A DNA stretch of 64,000 bases from Nitrospinales bacterium (GTDB lineage Bacteria > Nitrospinota > Nitrospinia > Nitrospinales > VA-1). Below, one piece after another: positions 10,249 to 19,230 of the stretch. The DNA is taken from positions 2,176,001 to 2,240,000 of the forward strand of contig CBDCXL010000002.1 in NCBI GenBank assembly GCA_965223795.1, given 5' to 3'. Position 1 is the stretch's first letter. Every line of letters starts with the position of its first letter. The position numbers and the translations under genes were made by a program. Below the pieces are notes generated by a model. That model was not told the DNA's origin. It saw only the letters and a program-made list of their open reading frames with translations, and did no database searches.

Positions 10249-11847
10249 ATGGATTTTGCTTGGGTTGCGATCGCGCTGAGTGATGTTGCCTGGATCTCCC
10301 TGGCGTTTTTACTGGGTTTCCTGGCCGTACGGATCGGCCTGCCGCCTCTGGTCGGTTTTCTGGCGACCGGCTTCGTGCTCAATCACCTTGGCATTGCGAG
10401 CGGAGAGATGCTGCAGAAGCTCGCGGATCTGGGCATCACGCTTTTGCTGTTCACCGTCGGCCTGAAGCTGGACCTTAAGGTGCTGATACGGCCGCAGGTC
10501 TGGTCGGTGACGGCATTGCACACCGCGATCGTCATCGTTCTTTTCGGAGCGGCTGTCTATGGCCTGGCCGTCATGGGGGCGCCGCTCTTTTCCAGCCTGG
10601 ATTTCAAACTTTCGCTGTTTTTGGCCTTTGCATTGAGTTTTTCCAGCACCGTGTTTGTGGTCAAGATGCTGGAGAAGAATGCGGAGATGAATTCCCTGCA
10701 CGGACAGATCGCTATCGGCATCCTGATCATGCAGGACCTTGCGGCGGTCGTCTTTCTGGCGGCGTCGACCGGGAAGCTGCCCACGCTCTGGGCGTTGCTG
10801 CTGCTCCTGCTCATCCCGTTGCGGCCGCTGTTGCACCACCTGCTGCAAAAGACGGGTCACGGCGAACTGTTGATCCTGTACGGCCTGGTTTTGGCCCTGG
10901 GCGGCGCCAAGCTGTTTGAGCTGGGCGGCGTGAAGGAAGATCTCGGCGCTCTCGTGATGGGCGTGTTGATCTCCTCACATCCGAAATCGAACGAGATGGC
11001 CAAAACGATGCTGGGGTTCAAGGATCTGTTTCTGGTCGGATTCTTTCTTTCCATTGGCATGTCGGGCGAGCTGTCGCTGGAAACAGGGGTCATCGGGCTG
11101 CTGCTGGTGCCGTTTGTCCTGGTAAAGTCGGTGCTGTTTTTTTTCCTGATGACGCGGTTCAAACTGCGGGCCCGCACTTCCCTGCTGGCGACCCTCAATC
11201 TGAGCAACTACAGCGAGTTCGGACTGATCGTGGCGGCGATCGGCGTGGCCAACGGTTGGATAGGCGCAGAATGGCTGGTCGTCATCGCCATCGCGCTTTC
11301 CCTTTCGTTTGTCGTTGCCGCGCCGTTGAACCGCATCGATGACAGGATCTACAGCGAGTTCCGGGACTTCTGGATGCGGTTTCAACGCAGGGAGAGGCTC
11401 CCCGACGACATGCTGCTGGACACGCTCGGCGCCACCATTGCCATCTTCGGCATGGGCCGGGTGGGCAGCGGCGCTTACGACAAGATGCGCGAATTTCATG
11501 GCGATACCGTGGTCGGTGTCGATTTCGATGCGGATTTGATCCGAAGGCACCAGACGGAAGGCCGCAAAGCCCTGTACGGGGATCCCAGCGATGCGGATTT
11601 CTGGGAAAAAATAGGGCAGGACCACAGCATCAAACTGGTCATGCTGGCGCTGCCCAACCTTCAGGCCAATCTGGATGCCCTGGAACAACTGCGCCGAATC
11701 GCTTTCGAGGGCCGCATCGCCGCAACCGCACGATTCCCGGATGAGGTGAAACGGCTTAAGGAGGCGGGCGCAACGTCCGTGTTCAATATCTACACGGAAG
11801 CGGGCGCCGGGTTCGCCAATCACGTGGCGACTCAGGAGGGTCCGTGA
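10249..11847 (+). CDS. CPA2 cation:proton antiporter with C-terminal TrkA-N/RCK domain (Kef-like)
   Basis: LLFTVGL, LSFSST, ILIMQD, SEFGLI; GMGRVG Rossmann motif in the C-terminal domain. Confidence 0.9.
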   Translation: MDFAWVAIALSDVAWISLAFLLGFLAVRIGLPPLVGFLATGFVLNHLGIASGEMLQKLADLGITLLLFTVGLKLDLKVLIRPQVWSVTALHTAIVIVLFGAAVYGLAVMGAPLFSSLDFKLSLFLAFALSFSSTVFVVKMLEKNAEMNSLHGQIAIGILIMQDLAAVVFLAASTGKLPTLWALLLLLLIPLRPLLHHLLQKTGHGELLILYGLVLALGGAKLFELGGVKEDLGALVMGVLISSHPKSNEMAKTMLGFKDLFLVGFFLSIGMSGELSLETGVIGLLLVPFVLVKSVLFFFLMTRFKLRARTSLLATLNLSNYSEFGLIVAAIGVANGWIGAEWLVVIAIALSLSFVVAAPLNRIDDRIYSEFRDFWMRFQRRERLPDDMLLDTLGATIAIFGMGRVGSGAYDKMREFHGDTVVGVDFDADLIRRHQTEGRKALYGDPSDADFWEKIGQDHSIKLVMLALPNLQANLDALEQLRRIAFEGRIAATARFPDEVKRLKEAGATSVFNIYTEAGAGFANHVATQEGP

Positions 11848-11875
11848 GGCGAAGAGGAACCGATAGATAATCAAT

Positions 11876-12005
11876 GGACAGGATGAACGGGATAAAAGCA
11901 AAAAACGGCCTCGCGCAAAGACGCAGAGACGCAAAGAAAAGCAAAAAAGGATTAAATGGGATGAACAGGATAAAAGATTTCTGTCACCCTGAGCCTGTCG
12001 AAGGG
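11876..12005 (+). repeat. Composite repeat array, left flank of locus 1 (modules A-B-A-C)
   Basis: A GGACAGGATGAACGGGATAAAAG 11876-11898; B GGCCTCGCGCAAAGACGCAGAGACGCAAAGAAAA 11907-11940; A 11956-11976; C GATTTCTGTCACCCTGAGCCTGTCGAAGGG 11976-12005. Confidence 0.9.
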
Positions 12006-12104
12006 GGAATCGTTGGGAAAAGCGGGGGGAGAAGGATCACGGCAATTGGTGAGGAAGAGCGCGGGAATATAGAAATCTATTGGATCGGGGATCACGAAAA
12101 GAAC

Positions 12105-12512
12105 ATGGAGCCTTTTCCAAAGCAGAAGATCCGGCCGCAATCGGGCAAACTTTCCGGCGAGGACGGCAACGTCTCACTGGAGATCTTTCTGTCTCCGTTC
12201 GAGCTTGAACTGGAGGATCATTCGGAACGCGTGGAGACTTCGATCCGACTGGACGGCATCGACATTCCCGCAAGTACGGCGGCGCTGGAAGGAAAAGCCT
12301 TCACGTTTCCTGTGAACCCGGAAGCAGGGTACATCGACGGTTCCGTCTATTTTTTCGCGGCGCACCATCCGGTGGACGTGACGCGCATCGCGTTTGGAAC
12401 CATCACAGGCAGCCGCCTGCCGGTCACGCTGAGCACCACCTGGGTGCTGGAATTTGAAAACAGCGGCTTCCGGCATTTTCAAACCGACATTGAGACCGAG
12501 ATTGCGTTGTGA
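12105..12512 (+). CDS. Hypothetical protein (repeat-flanked cassette 1a)
   Basis: 135 aa from MEPFPKQ; the upstream extension in the ORF track is only translated repeat. Confidence 0.7.
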   Translation: MEPFPKQKIRPQSGKLSGEDGNVSLEIFLSPFELELEDHSERVETSIRLDGIDIPASTAALEGKAFTFPVNPEAGYIDGSVYFFAAHHPVDVTRIAFGTITGSRLPVTLSTTWVLEFENSGFRHFQTDIETEIAL

Positions 12513-12551
12513 CGGACGCGAAGGCGAGAAGAAAGGCGGGGACAGAAAGGC

Positions 12552-12675
12552 GGCCTCGCGCAAAGACGCGAAGGCGCAAAGGAAAAGATTGAGACAGGAT
12601 GCAGGATAAAAGCGTGATTAGAAGGGGAAAAGCAAAAGCAATTTCACCGCAAAGACGCAAAGGACGCAAAGAAAA
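12552..12675 (+). repeat. Composite repeat array between cassettes (modules B-A-D)
   Basis: B 12552-12586; A AGACAGGATGCAGGATAAAAG 12592-12612; D ACCGCAAAGACGCAAAGGACGCAAAGAAAA 12646-12675. Confidence 0.9.
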
Positions 12676-12679
12676 TCTA

Positions 12680-13339
12680 ATGGCAAGTGTAAGAAACAAA
12701 ATTAATATGACTGAATCCGAAGAAATTTTTGAATCTGTATTGAAGATGAAGGGAATAATTTATGAGCGTATTCCAAGAACAAATATGCTCACTCCTGATT
12801 ATAAAGTGAAGCTTGATTGTACTGATTCTTACTGGGAAATTAAGGAATTGGATATAAACAAAAATGAGAAAGAAATTCTAAAAAATATAGAAGCGAGTTT
12901 AATAAAAGGATACAGCATTGACTCATTTAGAAGAGTGGCCAAAAAGATAAAGAAAGCAAGCAATCAGTTTAAAGTCTATGGTGTGGTTTCATATCCCTGT
13001 GTGCTTGTAATTTATGATTCGCGTCCGTTTGCTGTTATGGATTTTGGCTTTGTCGACAGCGTTTTAACGAAAATGTACGGTAACGCTGAATACGAAGAAA
13101 ATTTAAAAGGGGAGTTCATTGAAGTAAATAGAAGCATTGGTTTACTCACAAACAAACATAAACACATTAGTGCAATAGCTTTTTTATCCAAAAAGAAAAA
13201 AGACTTAATTTTCTATCACAATAAAAATACAAGTAATTTAATTCAAGAAAATCAATCTATTTCTAAATTTGAAAATCATTACATTTTTGAAAGAACTAGA
13301 AAAGGATGGGAATGGATCAAACACGCACAATTAACTTAG
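12680..13339 (+). CDS. AT-rich hypothetical protein, probable PD-(D/E)xK nuclease fold (cassette 1b)
   Basis: SEEIF...TPDYKV...YWEIKE pattern; strongly AT-rich; start 12680 or 12707. Confidence 0.7.
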   Translation: MASVRNKINMTESEEIFESVLKMKGIIYERIPRTNMLTPDYKVKLDCTDSYWEIKELDINKNEKEILKNIEASLIKGYSIDSFRRVAKKIKKASNQFKVYGVVSYPCVLVIYDSRPFAVMDFGFVDSVLTKMYGNAEYEENLKGEFIEVNRSIGLLTNKHKHISAIAFLSKKKKDLIFYHNKNTSNLIQENQSISKFENHYIFERTRKGWEWIKHAQLT

Positions 13340-13365
13340 ACACGAGTAAGCATTCCTCCTTCAGG

Positions 13366-13481
13366 TTTTCTTTGCGTCTTAGCGGCTTTGCGCGAGGCCA
13401 TTTTTTTTTACAGTTCACCCTTCGACGGGCTCAGGGTGACAGAAATCGTTTCATCCCGCCTTTATCCCGTCTATCCTGTCC
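13366..13481 (-). repeat. Inverted composite repeat array, right flank of locus 1 (B', C', A')
   Basis: B' 13366-13399; C' 13418-13447 (29/30 identical to the reverse complement of C at 11976); A' 13461-13481. Confidence 0.9.
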
Positions 13482-13489
13482 GATGGTTT

Positions 13490-14200
13490 TCAGGTCTTCG
13501 ACTGGCCGCCGTCGATGAACAGGGTCTCGCCGTTGACGAAGTCGTTCTCCAGCAGGTATTCCAGCCCCTGCACGATGTTGGTCTCGCCGCCGTGGGTTCT
13601 GGTGGGGATGACCTTCGCCCATTTTTTAAGATAGGCGTCGGTCTCGCCCACGGGCGGCAGGATGAGGCCCGGCGCGATGGCGTTGACGCGCACGGTTTCG
13701 CCGAATTCCAATGCCGCGAGATGGGTGAGGTGGCTGAGCCCCGCCTTGGTCACGGCGTAGGCGGCGAAGGTGGGCACGGCGCGCTCGATGCGCTCATCGA
13801 GGATGTTGACGATGAGCCCCTTGTTCACCTGCCGCTTGTACTCGCGCATCAACAGATACGGCGTCAGCAGGTTGATGTGGAAACTGTTGGTCAGCGTTTC
13901 GGTTTGCGTGGCCTCGATGTTTTCCTGGATGAACACGGAGGCGGAGTTGACGAGCACGGAAAGATCGGGAAACGCGTCGCGCACCTCGCCGATGAGTTTT
14001 TCCGTGGCGGCGAGGTCGGTGAAGTCGCAGGGGAACGAGCGGGCGGTGACGCCCTTCGCGCGGATGTCGGCCAGCGTCTGTCCGGCCTCTTTGGAGGAGG
14101 TGTTGTGGTGCAGGGCGATGTCGTGGCCTTTGCCTGCGAGGTGCAGCGCCATGGCACGTCCCAGGCGCACGGCCCCGCCGGTCACCAGGGCTGCGGGCAT
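13490..14200 (-). CDS. SDR oxidoreductase, pteridine reductase/FolM-like
   Basis: TGGAVRLG, VNSAS, YAVTK, VNAIAPG. Confidence 0.88.
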   Translation of the reverse strand: MPAALVTGGAVRLGRAMALHLAGKGHDIALHHNTSSKEAGQTLADIRAKGVTARSFPCDFTDLAATEKLIGEVRDAFPDLSVLVNSASVFIQENIEATQTETLTNSFHINLLTPYLLMREYKRQVNKGLIVNILDERIERAVPTFAAYAVTKAGLSHLTHLAALEFGETVRVNAIAPGLILPPVGETDAYLKKWAKVIPTRTHGGETNIVQGLEYLLENDFVNGETLFIDGGQSKT

Positions 14201-14317
14201 TTGAACCTCCTGGTCTTTCCGGGTATACTCGGTGGCATTCAGGCAGGCATTTAACGTTAATTTTCAGGCAAAATCCACTGATTTTCTCCTGAATCCCTTT
14301 TTGCTGGAGCAGCGCCG

Positions 14318-14839
14318 ATGGATGATACAAGCAAACCCAAATGCGTGAACATCGCTGTCCTGACCGTGTCGGACACGCGGACGGAAGCGGACGACAAGTC
14401 GGGCAAGACCCTGGTGGACCGCATCAAAGCGGCCGGGCACAAGGTCGCGGACAAGCGCATCGTGAAAGACGAGATCGCGCTGTTGCAGCAGGCGCTCAAG
14501 GAGTGGATCGACCGGGAGGACGTGGACGTGGTCATCGCCACGGGCGGCACGGGCGTGACCGGGCGCGACGTGACGCCGGAGGCGTTCGAGGAACTCTACG
14601 ACAAACCGATTCCGGGATTCGGCGAGCTGTTCCGCATGCTGAGCTATCAGAGCATCAAGACGTCCACGATGCAGTCGCGCGCCACGGCGGGGGTGGCGAA
14701 GGGCACGTTCCTGTTCGCGCTGCCGGGGTCGACGGGGGCCTGCAAGGACGCCTGGGACCAGATTCTGGTGCACCAGCTCAACAGCAACAACCCGCCCTGC
14801 AATCTGGTCGAGCTGATGCCGCGCCTGATGGAAAAATAG
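14318..14839 (+). CDS. moaB: Molybdenum cofactor biosynthesis protein B
   Basis: VLTVSDTR, DKSG, TGGTGVTGRDVTPEA, LPGSTGAC. Confidence 0.95.
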   Translation: MDDTSKPKCVNIAVLTVSDTRTEADDKSGKTLVDRIKAAGHKVADKRIVKDEIALLQQALKEWIDREDVDVVIATGGTGVTGRDVTPEAFEELYDKPIPGFGELFRMLSYQSIKTSTMQSRATAGVAKGTFLFALPGSTGACKDAWDQILVHQLNSNNPPCNLVELMPRLMEK

Positions 14840-14998
14840 CTCCTCCCCGGAGGGAGACAGGTCCGGCTCCCACAGCCTGCTTTTCTTTTTAAGGCATGCT
14901 GCAAGCGGTTTCAGCTCTGTTTTACGAACGTGCTTCGGCCCCGCCCGGTAAGAACGGGGCCGGCTCCCAACGGTTCGCGCTGTGCGTTTTTTTTTGCG

Positions 14999-15877
14999 TT
15001 AAGGCAGCGCCACTTTGCTCAGGGAAAAGGGGATCACTTTCAGCGATTCGGGGGTCGCGAGGTAGACGATGAGCTGCATGTCCGGCGCGGGCGGTTCTTT
15101 GAAGCCGTAGCTTCTGAATTCGCCGCCGGTGGAGCGGAACACGGGCTTGATGCGATTGCCCTCGGCGTCGAGGAACTGAAACGCCACGAGCCGGTTTTTC
15201 GGGTCGTGCACGAGAAAGTGCAGGCTGTTTTTGTCGTCGGGCAGCATGCCGGCGAACATCCCTTCGAACATCTTTCCGAACGCCGCGCCCAGCTCCTGGC
15301 CGAACTGATCCATGCTGTTCTTCTGCGCCCTCTCCATTTCCCGTTTTTTCTGCGCTTCGTAAATTTCTTTGGTGGTGAAGCTCACCTGCACGCGGCTTTT
15401 TTCCAGCGCCGGATGCGACAACGGCTTGCCGGGGTTCTGCATGAAATGTTTGAGCGTGACCTGGCTGCCGTTTTTCGGGTCGGGCTGGAACAGCTCCATC
15501 TCGCCTTTCAAAAACTGCAGGTATTTGGCGTCGCGCGCCGGGTTTTTCAACGAAACCTTGCGCGCCAGTTTGTGATCGCCTTCGTCGTTGAACTGGAAGC
15601 TTGAGAACGCCGGTTTGTCCGCCGGGCTCAGGATGCGGCCTTTGTCGTCCGCGGCGTAATGGATGCGCAGGTCGCGGATGCCGAGCGACTGCGACACCTC
15701 CGGACCCATGACGATGAGCTCCAGTTCGCACTTGGCGAAAACGTCTTTGGTCGAACGCCGGTCGGACACTTCGCTGACCAGCACCCGCGCTTCCGCCGCA
15801 AATCCGTTCTGCGCCGCCGCGACAATGAACAACGCGAGCGCCGCGCCCCACCGTGCTGCTCTCGGGAAACCTGCCAT
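14999..15877 (-). CDS. Hypothetical exported protein
   Basis: Start MAGFPRA with AGGAG SD; signal peptide ending GFA-AE; host-like codon usage. Confidence 0.75.
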   Translation of the reverse strand: MAGFPRAARWGAALALFIVAAAQNGFAAEARVLVSEVSDRRSTKDVFAKCELELIVMGPEVSQSLGIRDLRIHYAADDKGRILSPADKPAFSSFQFNDEGDHKLARKVSLKNPARDAKYLQFLKGEMELFQPDPKNGSQVTLKHFMQNPGKPLSHPALEKSRVQVSFTTKEIYEAQKKREMERAQKNSMDQFGQELGAAFGKMFEGMFAGMLPDDKNSLHFLVHDPKNRLVAFQFLDAEGNRIKPVFRSTGGEFRSYGFKEPPAPDMQLIVYLATPESLKVIPFSLSKVALP

Positions 15878-15982
15878 GATCTCCTCCTGAAATATCAGGG
15901 CTTTGGACCGCCCCGACCGGCGTTGAACGTGTATAATGACAGGGTAACGGAAACAGTCGGAATATGCGAGTAAATCCTTATT

Positions 15983-16924
15983 ATGCAATGCTTTAGGTAT
16001 ACAGTTGCGGGGTCGTCCGGACGCCTGCGTCTGGACCATTATCTGGCGGAAATTCAGGCGGATTTCAGCCGCTCGCGGCTCAAGAAGCTGATCGAGTCGG
16101 GCCGGGTTGCGGTGAACGGCGTGTCTGTGAAATCCAAATACAGGGTGCAGGCGGGGGACGTGGTGGAGCTGACCGTGCCGCCGCCGGAACCGATGGACCT
16201 CGCGCCGGAGTCGATCCGGCTCAACATCGTCTATGAGGACGCGGGGCTGGTCGTGGTGGACAAACCGGCCGGGATGGTGGTGCACCCGGCGCCGGGACAC
16301 GCCCGCGGCACGCTGGTCAACGCGCTGTTGCATCACTGCGGCGCCGACCTCATGGGGATCGGCGGGGTGGAGCGGCCCGGCATCGTGCACCGGCTGGACA
16401 AGGACACCTCGGGGCTGGTGCTGGCGGCGAAAACCGAAGCGGCGCACTCCTCGCTCAGCCGCCAGTTCAAGGACCGCAGCGTCGGCAAGGTCTACCTGGC
16501 GCTGGTGCGCGGCGAAGTCGCCAGCGACCGCGGCGTCATCGACGCGGCGATCGGCCGGCACCCGGTGCACCGCAAGAAAATGGCGCTGCGGGAGAGCGGC
16601 CGCAAAGCGGTGACACGTTACCAGGTGATCGGCCGCGGCGAGGACGTCTCGTATGTGCGGCTGCAGCCTGAAACCGGCCGCACGCACCAGATCCGCGTGC
16701 ACCTGGCCTCGCTCGGCCACCCCATTCTCGGCGACGCGCTGTACGGCGGCAAAACGGGGACCGGATCCCTCCGCATCGGGCGGCAGGCGCTGCACGCGCA
16801 CCGGCTCACGATCGACAACCCGGCCTCGCAAAATCGTCAGGAATTTGAATCCCCCCTTCCGGCGGACATGGCGGGACTTGTGAATAACCTGTGCTTTTCT
16901 GGCGATGCCCGTCCCGGAACGTGA
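15983..16924 (+). CDS. rluD: RluA/RluD-family 23S rRNA pseudouridine synthase
   Basis: S4 domain, KPAGMVVHP, HRLDKDTSG, TGRTHQIRVH, QALHA. Confidence 0.93.
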   Translation: MQCFRYTVAGSSGRLRLDHYLAEIQADFSRSRLKKLIESGRVAVNGVSVKSKYRVQAGDVVELTVPPPEPMDLAPESIRLNIVYEDAGLVVVDKPAGMVVHPAPGHARGTLVNALLHHCGADLMGIGGVERPGIVHRLDKDTSGLVLAAKTEAAHSSLSRQFKDRSVGKVYLALVRGEVASDRGVIDAAIGRHPVHRKKMALRESGRKAVTRYQVIGRGEDVSYVRLQPETGRTHQIRVHLASLGHPILGDALYGGKTGTGSLRIGRQALHAHRLTIDNPASQNRQEFESPLPADMAGLVNNLCFSGDARPGT

Positions 16925-17880
16925 TATGGGTCACAATATCCCGCCGCCGAACTGCGGCTTGTTTTTCTACGGATTTACGGCGCTCCGTCATTTTTCAGCC
17001 CTGTGGATAACTTGTGCAAATCTTCCCGAACGCGGACTCGAGCGTTCAGGAAAAGAAATATTCCCTGCTTTGCCGATGCCATCCAGGATCGGGAAGTGCG
17101 TTTAAATATATGAGTTTCTGGAAAAACCGCAAAAAAGCCGGGAAGAGCGCGGTAAAAAATCTTGACACAATTTAGTTTTCCACACCTCAAAACAGGCACA
17201 GGCCGAACCGCCTCTCAGAGCGTTCTTATGCCGGAATCCCGGCATCAAAAAATTGGCATCCGGTCCTTTCCCTGTGCTATGGGGGCCGCGCCCCATTTCT
17301 ATCCACAAGTTGATCCACGAGGCCGGTTTTACGCGGTGAATGTGATATGAATCACAATCAAAATTTTGACACCCCTTGATCGACCCCTGTTTTGCGGAGA
17401 ACATGGGGATCGAATTTTCTTCGCTTTTTTTTCTTTTTCCTGCCGGGGTTTTGCCGATGAATCCTCTTGAGAGCCTGATCAGATCAAGGGGGAACCGGGC
17501 GGGCAGCCGCCACCCCCTCATTTCGCGGCCTCTTCCAACGCCCTGATTTTTCAAACCTTTTTTCCACAAAGATTGTGAGCAGGTTGTGGAAAAATCTTTG
17601 GAAAACGATTTTATGATAAATGTTATCAATGGCTTAACTTGATTTGATCAATTTCTGTGCAATCCCCGTAACTGTTTGAAAATTAAAATTTTTTAATTTT
17701 CGCGATTTCCGGGGCCTTCATTTTATGGAATTTCCGGCTGCGGGCGGTGCTTTGAAATTTTTTTCTCCGATTCGGGTGGCGCTCCACGACCCGGCCGGCA
17801 CGAAACACGGGACGCCGATGGCAAAACGAATTTATCGGCACCGCGATTTAAAGTATATCTTTCTTTATCAGTTATTTACG
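16879..17880. promoter_or_regulatory. Probable chromosomal replication origin (oriC)
   Basis: About 1 kb without a credible gene. DnaA boxes TGTGAATAA 16879-16887, TGTGGATAA 17002-17010 (perfect), TTTTCCACA 17176-17184, CTATCCACA 17299-17307, TTTTCCACA 17560-17568, TGTGGAAAA 17585-17593. IHF-consensus sites 17536-17548(-), 17624-17636, 17866-17878. AT-rich tract about 17590-17705. Confidence 0.75.
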
Positions 17881-17928
17881 TTGGCCGGCGGGGGAGAGGC
17901 CGATTATTTTCTGCTACAATGAGCGGCG

Positions 17929-19029
17929 ATGATCGATCGTAAATGGACAAGCAATTTCAGCTGGTGGCTGCTGGCCCTGGTTCTGGTCGTGGCGGTCCTC
18001 GGCGTCGTGATCATCTACAGCGCCAACCACGGCCGCCCGGAAGCGTTTTTCCGCAATCTGTACATCAAGCAGATCTACTGGATCCTGTACGGCCTGGTGC
18101 TGATGGTCCTGGGCATCGTGGTGGACTACCGCTATCTCAGCCGGTACGCCTACCTCATCTATGCCGTCACGGTGCTGGCGCTCATTTACGTTCTTTTCTA
18201 TGGCACGGTGACTTCCGGCGCGCGCCGCTGGATCACGATTGGATCGGTGAGCATCCAGGTCTCGGAGTTCGCCAAGATCGCGCTCATTATCGGGCTGGCA
18301 AAATACTTCGAAACCGGCAAGCTGCAGGGACAGTTCGAATTCAAAAACCTCATCGTCCCCGCACTGCTGACGGCCATCATCGGGATTCTGATCGGCAGCC
18401 AGCCGGACCTGGGCACGGCCATCATGGTGTTTCTCATCTTTCTGGTGTTCGTCACCGCGATCGAGTTCGATTCCCGTTCCCTGGCCAAACTGTTCGGCGC
18501 CGGAGTGGTGCTCGCGCCGCTGACCTGGTTCATCCTCAAGGACTATCAGAAATCCCGCCTGCTGACGCTGTTCAATCCGGATATGGACCCGCTGGGCGCG
18601 GGCTACCACACGATCCAGTCGAAAATCGCCATCGGGTCGGGCGGCTTCTGGGGCAAGGGCTTCTTCGCCGGAACGCAGAGCCGGTTGAACTTTCTGCCGG
18701 AAAAACACACCGATTTCATCTTTTCGGTGTTCGCCGAGGAAGCGGGTTTCTTCGGCGTGGTCATTCTGCTGTCGCTGTACCTGATCATCATCCTCAAGGG
18801 CCTCAACATCGCCTTCCGCGCGGCGGACCGGTTCGGCCTGTTTCTGGCTCTGGGGATCGTCAGTTCGATCACCTTCTACGTGATCTTCAACATCGGCATG
18901 ACCATCGGCCTGTTTCCGGTCACCGGGCTGCCGCTGCCGCTCATGAGCTATGGAGGCTCTTCTCTGGTCACCAACTTTTTCGCGATCGGCCTGCTGTTGA
19001 ACATCGAAATGCGGCGCACGCTCTCCTGA
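17929..19029 (+). CDS. rodA: Rod shape-determining protein RodA (SEDS glycosyltransferase)
   Basis: GARRWI, QVSEFAK, QPDLGT, GYHTIQSKIAIGSGG, PEKHTDFIF, SYGGSS. Confidence 0.96.
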   Translation: MIDRKWTSNFSWWLLALVLVVAVLGVVIIYSANHGRPEAFFRNLYIKQIYWILYGLVLMVLGIVVDYRYLSRYAYLIYAVTVLALIYVLFYGTVTSGARRWITIGSVSIQVSEFAKIALIIGLAKYFETGKLQGQFEFKNLIVPALLTAIIGILIGSQPDLGTAIMVFLIFLVFVTAIEFDSRSLAKLFGAGVVLAPLTWFILKDYQKSRLLTLFNPDMDPLGAGYHTIQSKIAIGSGGFWGKGFFAGTQSRLNFLPEKHTDFIFSVFAEEAGFFGVVILLSLYLIIILKGLNIAFRAADRFGLFLALGIVSSITFYVIFNIGMTIGLFPVTGLPLPLMSYGGSSLVTNFFAIGLLLNIEMRRTLS

Positions 19030-19079
19030 CGTCCGCCCGGGCGCCGGACCGCAAGCTTTTCTCCACATTCTGAAATACA

Positions 19080-19088
19080 TGGTATAAT
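19080..19088 (+). promoter_or_regulatory. Extended -10 promoter element upstream of rng
   Basis: TGgTATAAT in the rodA-rng intergenic gap. Confidence 0.45.
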
Positions 19089-19230
19089 TTTCGATTCAAA
19101 CCACATCCCCCTATGTCGTTTGAAATCTTCGCAGGAGAGAATGCACAGCAACGGTTTATCTCCCTGCGGAATCGTGGATCCGGCCTTTCTCGCGGAAGGG
19201 CCCTCGCGTCGATCGTGGAATCAGCGGCAG

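Noticed and set aside
11874..12104. N-terminal extensions of ORFs 11874, 12599 and 31183 in the ORF track
   Set aside because: They are translations of the purine-rich repeats (RKDAK-type peptides); true starts are more likely downstream
11876..13481. Repeat arrays as a CRISPR array
   Set aside because: No constant repeat with regular unique spacers, modules are of mixed types and inverted on the right side, and there are no cas genes
11876..13481. Classical IS/MITE or integron attC array
   Set aside because: No transposase, no evident target-site duplication, module order differs between ends, and no clear RYYYAAC...GTTRRRY attC pairs were seen
15878..16831. 610-aa version of ORF 14999..16831
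   Set aside because: The upstream part is the antisense shadow of rluD; the real gene starts at 15877 with an SD and signal peptide
16975..17922. Small ORFs in the rluD-rodA gap (e.g. 17102..17629)
   Set aside because: No recognisable motifs and atypical codon use; the region is better explained as a DnaA-box/IHF locus
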